Below are positions 8,101 to 15,288 of a DNA stretch of 24,177 nt, piece by piece. Every line of letters starts with the position of its first letter. Position 1 is the stretch's first letter. A program made the translations under genes and the position numbers. The notes beneath the pieces are model-generated. The model was not told the DNA's origin and did not search any database. It saw only the letters and a program-made list of their open reading frames with translations. Location: NCBI GenBank assembly GCA_947085095.1, contig CAMTVD010000038.1, forward strand, positions 1-24,177, read 5' to 3'. This stretch comes from an uncultured Thermus sp. (GTDB lineage: Bacteria; Deinococcota; Deinococci; Deinococcales; Thermaceae).

Positions 8101-10531
8101 CCGCCTTTTGCTGAACGGGGAGGAGGTGCCCTTCGCCCAGGTGGGCCTGGTGGCCGAGGACAAGGACCGGGGGGTTATGCGGGTGGAGTACTACGGCCTA
8201 AAGCTGAGGCCCGGGAGGAACCTCCTCCGCCTCTTTGCCCCGCCCCTGACCGACGAGGTGGAGGTCTTCGTTCCCGGCAGGCCCCACCGCCTCGAGGCCA
8301 CCCCCTTGAGCCTCAAGGCCGACGGGAGCACCCCCTTGGAGTTCCTGGTGCGGGTGGTGGACGAAAACGGCCTCCCCACGGGCTTTGGAGCCCTTTCCCT
8401 GGAGACCTCCCCCGAGCCCCTCCTGCCCGATGCCTTCCCTTTGGAGCCGGGCTACCAGGTCCTCCTCAAGGACGGGGAGGCTCGTCTCCTCCTCAAGCCC
8501 ACCCCTGTGCCGCAGGAGGTGATGGTGCGGGCCCGTTTCGCCCCCCTCCAGGACACCTTCCGCTTCTTCGCCGGGGGCATGGACAAGCCCCTCTGGCTCC
8601 TCCACGGGGGGCTGGTCTGGCGGGTGGCGGAGGGGGAGCTCTTTGGCGCACTCGGGGCTTACGCCGAGCTTCCCTTCCTAAGGGGCAGGCTCCAGGTGGC
8701 CCTGGGCTACCCGGCGGGGCTTTCCGCCCCCGGGGCTCCCGAGCGCTTCCCCCTCACGGGCTCGGCGGGGGAGGCCAGGAGGATTCTTCCCTCCCAGGAC
8801 CCCGTGGCCTTCCGCTACGATGACCACCTCCTCACCCTGGGCTACGGGGAGGTGAACCTGGCCCTTCCCGGCCTTACCCCTCCTCGGGCCACCGGGGCCT
8901 ACCTGGAGACCCGGGGGGAGGTGGGCCTGAAGGCCTACGCCGCCCTCCTCCCCTCGGGAGACCGGGACCTGGAGATCACCCCAGACGGCACCCGCCTTTA
9001 CTTCCTGGGGGAGGCGGTGCGGCCGGGGAGCGAGAAGGTGACCCTGGTGGAGGGGGCCTCGGAGAAGCCCCTGGTCCCCCTCAGGGACTACACCCTGGAC
9101 TACCCCACGGGGCTTCTGGTCCTCTCCCGCCCCCTCTACCCGGTGAGCGAGGCGGGCCTCACCGTGCGCCTCAGGGTGCGCTACACCCCCGAAAGCGCGG
9201 ATCGGGACTTCCTCGCCTTCGGCCTCGGGGCCGAGCACCGCACCGGGGGCTTCTCCTTCGGGGCGGGTTACCAGCGCCTTCCCGGCGGCGAGGCCTGGGG
9301 CGGGGAGGTCCGCTATGAGGAGGGGAGGGACCGGCTTCGCCTCTCCTTCCGGCGGGAGGGGAAGAGCCGCTTTGGCCTCGAGGCCGCCCTGGGAGGCCCC
9401 ACGGGCCTCCGCCTGGAGGGGGGCCTGGCTTACACCCTGGAGGATGGCCGCCTCGAGGGCCAGGTCCGGGCCTCCCACCCCTTGGGCCGTGGCCGGGTCT
9501 CCCTGGAGCAAAGGGACCTGCAAACCGCCCTCCTCTACGAGATAGACCTCAAGCCCCTGGTGGTGGGGGCGGGCCTGGGCTACGCCTGGGATCAGGCCCT
9601 CTTCCTGGCCCTCCTCCGGGGTGGGTACAGGGAGGGGGGCACCGAGGCCCTGGCCACCCTCTCCAACCAGGGAGCCCTTCTGGAAGCCCGCTACCCCCTC
9701 TCCGATACCCTCGCCGCCGAGGCCTTCCTCTCCACGGACTGGGAGAGGGTGCGGGGCCGCTTCGGTCTCAGGCAGAAGCTGGGGGATGGAAACCTGGCCG
9801 TTTCCTACGAGCTTCCCGGCGAGGCCGGGGAGGCGGGCCGGGCCCGCTTCGGGGCGGAGGTTCCCCTGCCCCTCAGCGAGAGGCTTTCCCTGAACCTGTC
9901 CGGCCAGGCCTCGTTGCCCGGGGGCTTCGGCCTCTCCGCCGCTCTCCGCTACAAGGAGGAGACCCTCTCCGCCCTCCTGGCCCTGGACTACGCCGAGGGG
10001 AAGCTCGCCCTCCGGGCCGGGGCCACCGGGGCCCTGGACCGGGAGAGCACCCTGGGCCTCGAGGCCACCTTCCAGCTCTTCCCCGAGCCCAAGGGGCGGT
10101 TCAGCGTGGCCTACGCCCTCAGGGCTTCCCGGCTTTCCCTCCTCACCTACCACCGCCTGGTCTACCCGGAGGGCGAGCTCAAGGGGGAGGCCCAGGCCGC
10201 CTACCTTCTCACCCCGTACTTCCAGCTCCGGGCGGGCCTGGCCTACCGCCACCTCCTGGCAGATTCCTTGGCCTTCACCTACCAGCTTTCCTTGGGAGCC
10301 CTGGCCTATTGGGGCGAAAGCGGCCTGGGCCTGGGAGGTGGGGTCCACTACGCGGCCCAGCCCGGCACCGGCGCAAGCGCCCTCGCCTTCAGCGTGGAGG
10401 GGGCCTACCGCCTCCGGGACTACGCCAGCCTGGCCCTGGGCTACACCTTCGCCGAGGCCCTCCTCTTCCTCACCCCCGAGGCCAGGGGAGGCCTCTACCT
10501 GCGCCTGGACATCTTCGGAGGTAGCCGATGA
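5162..10531 (+). CDS. Large outer-membrane protein: Ig-like/DUF11 domains plus C-terminal beta-barrel
   Basis: Signal peptide MRRAFFALLLAVFSLVRA; DUF11-like repeats (ALEKRA..VQNLG..EDLAP..TNTA; LAKEAF..VGNPL..RNQV). The last ~450 aa are amphipathic Gly/aromatic beta strands ending GGLYLRLDIFGGSR. Confidence 0.82.
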   Translation: MRRAFFALLLAVFSLVRAQPTLPPDLGVPPGGAAWGLLGVIPGSGLGWFTDTVVLHLRAEGEVRLWLYSPGLDPQDYRSALQGRPELGDERYDQKPVEATFRLLDSGGRVLAERRYGLEAHRYDLLYQGRLRGEYRLEARLQGHAKNAFALFLPKGVEAYAPPGLSVFAVRAPQTAYRATEPYPLYRLLVKTPGYRLGLYDGDGPGELEVYLDGPKGRARMPVSGDREWVFYELSPGTYTLLFRVPPSARQYSNTVALGLPSWMHLREDGVMAEFAPSPIAVRAVDTQGNPVPMEHRLVEERGYRVVEPFLPQGYRLVRVEVEGGEALEGQRARFGLMGGRVLYVLEALPPREPRPQLQEGRLRLEALLVLPTGERPYALSLRIAQKEVRTPASLNLAPGAYTWDLPQIPGALVEGPTRVALEPGEERTLVYRVYPRVEFRLAPEAQTLREGEEGVLVLEATTRFPDLLPAELTLELPEGLEPLGPTRATLPLKGEARLRVPFRAKERGGYRVRGSLAPWGLFGEARVEVLRPATFALEKRALSSRAPVGEEVAFLLRVQNLGDEGGGVVLEDLAPDLGIAYREAFTLGPGEAREVLLRGRLARVGPQTNTARLFLGEKEVARAQAEVVGLAPEARLVREADLGAFVPGEEVLVCLRVRNTSELPLRYVLQDETPEVVEALSQTRFQGELRPGEEKAHCYGARVRFGPEGEGRFRAALAYGGEVQVKEARLRRVLPTLAKEAFPERVLEGQEVVFRLRVGNPLDRPLVLTLRESPDANLGMEAREVPLLLSAREEKVLEFGAQPKRPGRYRNQVALFHRGVPAAFPAEARVQVLPLLQAERLSTVEIPYALEAEGGEVLLGFSLPEGASYEPGSARLNGRPIKARLLGNNLLFLVPERAGLIAFRLRHQNALPPLAEPQLTLVYGGRELSFRGSLSLADYRKASPEPEERRAPILHPLPGSLVPDGVTRAIVEVPLGLTPRLLLNGEEVPFAQVGLVAEDKDRGVMRVEYYGLKLRPGRNLLRLFAPPLTDEVEVFVPGRPHRLEATPLSLKADGSTPLEFLVRVVDENGLPTGFGALSLETSPEPLLPDAFPLEPGYQVLLKDGEARLLLKPTPVPQEVMVRARFAPLQDTFRFFAGGMDKPLWLLHGGLVWRVAEGELFGALGAYAELPFLRGRLQVALGYPAGLSAPGAPERFPLTGSAGEARRILPSQDPVAFRYDDHLLTLGYGEVNLALPGLTPPRATGAYLETRGEVGLKAYAALLPSGDRDLEITPDGTRLYFLGEAVRPGSEKVTLVEGASEKPLVPLRDYTLDYPTGLLVLSRPLYPVSEAGLTVRLRVRYTPESADRDFLAFGLGAEHRTGGFSFGAGYQRLPGGEAWGGEVRYEEGRDRLRLSFRREGKSRFGLEAALGGPTGLRLEGGLAYTLEDGRLEGQVRASHPLGRGRVSLEQRDLQTALLYEIDLKPLVVGAGLGYAWDQALFLALLRGGYREGGTEALATLSNQGALLEARYPLSDTLAAEAFLSTDWERVRGRFGLRQKLGDGNLAVSYELPGEAGEAGRARFGAEVPLPLSERLSLNLSGQASLPGGFGLSAALRYKEETLSALLALDYAEGKLALRAGATGALDRESTLGLEATFQLFPEPKGRFSVAYALRASRLSLLTYHRLVYPEGELKGEAQAAYLLTPYFQLRAGLAYRHLLADSLAFTYQLSLGALAYWGESGLGLGGGVHYAAQPGTGASALAFSVEGAYRLRDYASLALGYTFAEALLFLTPEARGGLYLRLDIFGGSR

Positions 10532-13500
10532 CGCTTAGGCGTTTGCGTTTTGCGATAGTTTTCCTTCCGTTCCTCTCTTTAGCGCTGGCCTTGTCCCCGG
10601 GGCAGGTCAGCGTCACCATGGTCACTGACCCTTTTCTGGTCTCCGATAGCAACAACTGTGGAGGGGGGGCGGGTCCAAGGGCCGCCTATGTGGGGTTCAG
10701 GATCACCAACACCAGCGGCACCGCCTTGCGGGATGTGCAGGCCACCTTGGGGGGCTTCGCAACAGGGTTTGGGCTAAACGGCGGCCAGGTGGCCACCCAG
10801 GTCATCGGCGGCTTGGCCCCGGGAGAGAGCAGAACGCTTTACTGGCACATCTACTATCCTTGCCACACAGCCTCGGTTAATAGCAGCCAGTTGAGCTTAA
10901 CCCTAAGCGACTCCAATCCGGGAACGGTGACCATCAGCGATTCAGGGACTACGGTTACTTCTACTTCCAGTATCAGCGCTAGCGCAGGGGGTTTGGTTTT
11001 AAACACCACCCTAGGACCAGGGGCTGTCCTTGGCCAAGTCATCACCTACGATGTCACCTACTCCTTCGGGAACATACAAGAGAACGATCGCTTCAACATG
11101 CAACCCGCTGGCAACACCTCCTACAATGCGGGGTGCTTCCAGCTCGTGAACGCTCGGGTAATAGCCTCTCAGGTCAACGCCATCCCCGTTGGAACCAGCA
11201 ATCAGCTCTTTTTCACGGCCACTTCGTCCCAAGGGGGTAGTGGGAACACGGTAACCGTAAGGTACTACATCAAGTATCTATGCGCCAACACCAGCACCAC
11301 GGCCTCACCCTATGCCTCCCAAACAAGTGGCGGCCAGATCAAATACAGCGGAAACTTCGGTGCCGCAGCCACCCAAATGAATTTCCCCGGGGCCACCAAC
11401 TCGCTTTCCATCTCTAAGACAGCCTCGGCCTCAACGGTTCTGCCTGGAAGTGAAGTCGTTTACACCGTCACGATTACCAACTCCTCTAGCCAGTACGATG
11501 CCTACATAGAGCGTATTGAGGATCACCTACCCTCCGGGGTCACCTTCGTGGGCATTGAACCGGGTAGCGATGTCACCGCTGGCAACTCCAGCCAGGTGCC
11601 CCAGCCTGGAGCTACAGGGACCCTTGCCTTTATCGGGAAGCCCTTTGTTTTGGACTCTAGCGGCAACGTGAGCGGCTCTTACCTTGTTCCCAGGGGAGGG
11701 TCCATCCGGCTGATCTACAGGGTCACCATGCCCAGCGTAGAGGGAGCCTACAGCAATAGCGTCACGGCGCATATAGGCTCCACCTCTATAGGACCCGCTA
11801 GCGCAACCGTGTACGTCGCTGTCCCCAAGATCAGCGGCAAGGTGTACGAGGACATCCCCGGCACCGCCCAGCCTTCCGGCTTCGTGCCCCGCCCCGGGGT
11901 CAGGGTGCGCCTCTACCAGGACAGCAACAACAACGGCCAGATAGACGCTTCTGACCCCTTCGTGGCCCAAACCACCACTGCCTCGGATGGGGGCTACACC
12001 TTTAGCCTCTCCGCGTACGGCACCTACCTGGTGGCCGTGGACTCCCGTTCCGTGAGTCCCAGTACCGGCTTCAACAGCGGCTACGGCCAGGGAGATGTCT
12101 GGGCGGAGCAGACCTACGGGGACGACCCCACCACCCCTGCCCTGGACCTGGGCCCCCGTTACGGTGGGCGAGCCCCTGGGGCCTCGGACGGCTTCAACGC
12201 CACCGACACCGCCCCTTCCGCCAACACCGGGGCCAAGCACCTGGCCCGGGTGGCGGTGTCCGGCGGTGAGGTTACCGGAGTGGATTTCGCCTTCAGCTTC
12301 AACGTGGTCACCAACCTGCGGGGCGGGGGCACCGAGGACGAGGACACCAGCGCCAACCGCACGGTCCAGGGCTCGCTCCGCCAGTTCCTGCATAACGCCA
12401 ACGCCATCGCCGGGGCCAACGCCATGCGCTTCGTGCCCGCAAGCCCCTACACCCCCAACACCTCGGGTTCCGGGGGGAGCTGGTGGACCCTAAGCGTCAC
12501 AAACCCCCTTCCCTTTGTCCAAGACGCCTCCACTACCCTTGACGGCACCGCTTACGATGCACTGAACCCCCTTTCTGTGCGGGACACGAACCCGGGCTCC
12601 TTGGGCACCGGGGGCACGGTGGGGGTGGATGCCCTTCCCTTGCTCCAAACTCCCAGGCCCGAGCTGGCCCTGAACTTTTCCAATCAGACCAACGTCTCAG
12701 GCACAGCGGGCATCCGGGTGGAGGCCCAAAACACCACCATCCGCCGCCTGAGCCTCTACGGCCAGCGGGGCTTTAGCACGGGGGGACAGGCGGCCCTCTT
12801 CATCACCAGCACGGGCCAGGCCACCTTGGAGGAGCTCGTGGTGGGCGCCCTCCCCGACGGCAGCGACCCCGCCAGCGTGGGAGCCCAGCAGAACCGCCGC
12901 TACGGGGTGCGCCTGGAGGGGCGGGCCACCGTTCGCCGGAGCTACTTCGCCTACAACGGGTACGCCATTTTGCTGAATGGTCCCTCAGCCCAGGGAAGCC
13001 TCATTGAGGGGAACGAGTTCGCCTATAACGGGCCGAACTCCATCTCTACCGAAGGGGCGGCGGACGGGGATACCGTGGCCTTCTGGAACAGCGGCTCCAC
13101 CTGGAGCACCCAGACGGTCTTCCGGGGGAACCTGGTGCGGGACGTGCGGGAGGTGAGCGGGGGTGGCGCAGGTACCGACCTGGGGAAGGGCTTGGAACTC
13201 TGGTACTCCGGTACCCGGAACGTCCTCATAGAGAACAACACCATCCTGCGGGCCAGGACGGCGGGGGTCGGGATCCACGCCGGGGCCCAGGGCAACACCC
13301 TGCGAAAGAACCTCATCCAGGACACCCTGGGCTACGCGGGCCAGGGCGGGGCGGGGGTGCACCTTTCCAACACCGGGGGCACCCCCCTGAGAAACCGCAT
13401 CACCCAGAACCACTTTGGGGGCAACAGGGGTGTGGCCATAGACCTGGACGCGGGCACCTGGACCTTGGGCGACGGGGTCACCCCCAACGACGGCAACTGC

Positions 13501-15288
13501 AACAACACCTCCCAACCTAACCTGGGTCTGGACTTCCCGGTGATCACCCTGGCCCAGGTGGTGGGGGGAGGCCTCCAGGTTCAGGGCACTGCCTGCCCGG
13601 GCGTCACCGTGGAGGTCTACAAGGCGGTGGCGGGGAGCGGGGACACCTTGGGGGGTCTTGGCTACGGGGAAGGGGTTCTTTACCTGGGTTCGGGCACCGC
13701 CGACGCCAGCGGAGCCTTCAGCTTCACGGTTTCCCTCGCGGGCCTGGCCTCGGGGGACTATGTGAGCGCCATCGCCATGGACGCTAACGGCAACACCTCC
13801 GAGTTCAGCGCCAACGTTCAGGTAGTCTTCGGCTACACGATCTCTGGCCAGGTCTACCACGACCGGGAGCCCAACGGGGTGAGGAACGCTGAGGACTGGT
13901 CGGACGGGGCCACGGTCTACGTGAAGCTGGTCCAGGGAAATGCCGTGGTGAACGTGGCCATGGTGAATCCTGGAAGTGGGGCCTACAGCTTCAGCGGGGT
14001 GGCCCCCGGCAGCTACACCCTACTGCTGGACAACAACCCCTCCACCTCCGACACCGCCCCCACGCCGCCCCTGGGCTGGCTCTTCGTCCACCCCGCAGGG
14101 GGTAGCCGGAGCGTAACCGTTTCCAGCGCGGACGTGCTGGGACAGGACTTCGGCCTCTTCCACGGCTTTAGGCTGGAGGGGCGGGTTTTCCTGGACGATG
14201 GGGAAGGGGGAGGGATAGCCAACGACGCCTTCCAAAACGGCGGGGAGCGGGGCCTTCCCGGGGTGGTGGTGACGGCCACGGACGGGGCCCAGAGCCGGAC
14301 GGCCACCACGGACGGGAGCGGTTTTTACCGGCTCCACATCCCTCACGCTTGGGGAAGCGTGACCCTTGCCCACCCGGCCCGCCCGGCCACGGGCTGGAAC
14401 GACGGCACCTCGGCGCAAAGGGGGGTCTCTTGGGCGGACGCCACCTCGCCTACCTCCGGCGGGGCTACGGTGAACCTGGGTCCTGCCTCGGCCCTGGCGG
14501 GGACGGTCCAGACCCGGAACTTCGGGGTGGTGCGGGAAAGCCGCCTCTACCCGGACGCCTCGGGGCAGACGGGTTCCCCCGGGGCGATCGCCTACGCCCA
14601 CTGGGTACGGCCCGGGACCCTGGGAAGCTTCACCCTGCGCCTGGCCAGCGCCCCCCGCTTCGCCTACCGGGTGCGGCTTGACGGGAACTGCAACGGCACC
14701 TGGGAGCCCACCGAGGCCTTTGCTTCCCTGCCCTACACCTTCCCTGTGGACTCCGCCTGGCCCAGGGAGGCGGATGGAAGCCTTAAGGCCTGCGCCCTCG
14801 AGGTCCAGGTCCTGGTGCCTCCTGGGGAGCCGGACGGGAGCCTGGACATCGCCTTGGTGGAGGGGAGCCTTGTTTGGGACGCCAACCCCGGGGTCACGGA
14901 GGTCCGGGGGGTCACGGACACCACCAGGGTTTCCACCGGGCTGGTGCGCCTGGAGAAGCGGGTGCGGAACGTGACCCAAGGCACGGGCTTCGCCACCACG
15001 GCTTCGGGAAAGCCCGGTGAGGTGCTGGAGTACTGCATCGCCTTCCGCAACCTCGGTTCCAGCCCCGTCTCCGGCTTCACCCTTAGTGACCCCATACCCT
15101 TCTTCACCGACCTCCACCCCTACGGGCCCGGGCAGGACATCAAGCTGGTCCTTGGGGGCACCACCTACCTGACCGCGGCCCCTGACACCGACCAAGGGGA
15201 GGTGACGGCCGGGGTGGTGAGGGTGGGCCTAGGTACCCTGGGGCCTGGAGCTTCTGGGGAGGCGTGCTACCAGGCGAGGATCCGCTAA
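10528..15288 (+). CDS. Secreted adhesin-like protein: DUF11, SdrD-B-like domains, right-handed parallel beta-helix, C-terminal DUF11 (putative tip subunit)
   Basis: Signal peptide ending ..LSLALA; ISGKVYED, ISGQVYHD and LEGRVFLD SdrD-B-like starts; GSLRQFLHNANA motif; beta-helix repeats (IEGNEF, FRGNLV, IENNTI, LRKNLI, ITQNHF); GNTSEFS motif; terminal LEKRVRN..PGEVLEYCI.FRNLG..SDPIP domain. Confidence 0.85.
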   Translation: MTLRRLRFAIVFLPFLSLALALSPGQVSVTMVTDPFLVSDSNNCGGGAGPRAAYVGFRITNTSGTALRDVQATLGGFATGFGLNGGQVATQVIGGLAPGESRTLYWHIYYPCHTASVNSSQLSLTLSDSNPGTVTISDSGTTVTSTSSISASAGGLVLNTTLGPGAVLGQVITYDVTYSFGNIQENDRFNMQPAGNTSYNAGCFQLVNARVIASQVNAIPVGTSNQLFFTATSSQGGSGNTVTVRYYIKYLCANTSTTASPYASQTSGGQIKYSGNFGAAATQMNFPGATNSLSISKTASASTVLPGSEVVYTVTITNSSSQYDAYIERIEDHLPSGVTFVGIEPGSDVTAGNSSQVPQPGATGTLAFIGKPFVLDSSGNVSGSYLVPRGGSIRLIYRVTMPSVEGAYSNSVTAHIGSTSIGPASATVYVAVPKISGKVYEDIPGTAQPSGFVPRPGVRVRLYQDSNNNGQIDASDPFVAQTTTASDGGYTFSLSAYGTYLVAVDSRSVSPSTGFNSGYGQGDVWAEQTYGDDPTTPALDLGPRYGGRAPGASDGFNATDTAPSANTGAKHLARVAVSGGEVTGVDFAFSFNVVTNLRGGGTEDEDTSANRTVQGSLRQFLHNANAIAGANAMRFVPASPYTPNTSGSGGSWWTLSVTNPLPFVQDASTTLDGTAYDALNPLSVRDTNPGSLGTGGTVGVDALPLLQTPRPELALNFSNQTNVSGTAGIRVEAQNTTIRRLSLYGQRGFSTGGQAALFITSTGQATLEELVVGALPDGSDPASVGAQQNRRYGVRLEGRATVRRSYFAYNGYAILLNGPSAQGSLIEGNEFAYNGPNSISTEGAADGDTVAFWNSGSTWSTQTVFRGNLVRDVREVSGGGAGTDLGKGLELWYSGTRNVLIENNTILRARTAGVGIHAGAQGNTLRKNLIQDTLGYAGQGGAGVHLSNTGGTPLRNRITQNHFGGNRGVAIDLDAGTWTLGDGVTPNDGNCNNTSQPNLGLDFPVITLAQVVGGGLQVQGTACPGVTVEVYKAVAGSGDTLGGLGYGEGVLYLGSGTADASGAFSFTVSLAGLASGDYVSAIAMDANGNTSEFSANVQVVFGYTISGQVYHDREPNGVRNAEDWSDGATVYVKLVQGNAVVNVAMVNPGSGAYSFSGVAPGSYTLLLDNNPSTSDTAPTPPLGWLFVHPAGGSRSVTVSSADVLGQDFGLFHGFRLEGRVFLDDGEGGGIANDAFQNGGERGLPGVVVTATDGAQSRTATTDGSGFYRLHIPHAWGSVTLAHPARPATGWNDGTSAQRGVSWADATSPTSGGATVNLGPASALAGTVQTRNFGVVRESRLYPDASGQTGSPGAIAYAHWVRPGTLGSFTLRLASAPRFAYRVRLDGNCNGTWEPTEAFASLPYTFPVDSAWPREADGSLKACALEVQVLVPPGEPDGSLDIALVEGSLVWDANPGVTEVRGVTDTTRVSTGLVRLEKRVRNVTQGTGFATTASGKPGEVLEYCIAFRNLGSSPVSGFTLSDPIPFFTDLHPYGPGQDIKLVLGGTTYLTAAPDTDQGEVTAGVVRVGLGTLGPGASGEACYQARIR

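Noticed and set aside
5162..10531. Canonical T9SS, autotransporter or chaperone-usher assignment
   Set aside because: No PorK-N/PorV, chaperone or typical autotransporter signature in the window; the resemblance is limited to a short motif and overall logic.
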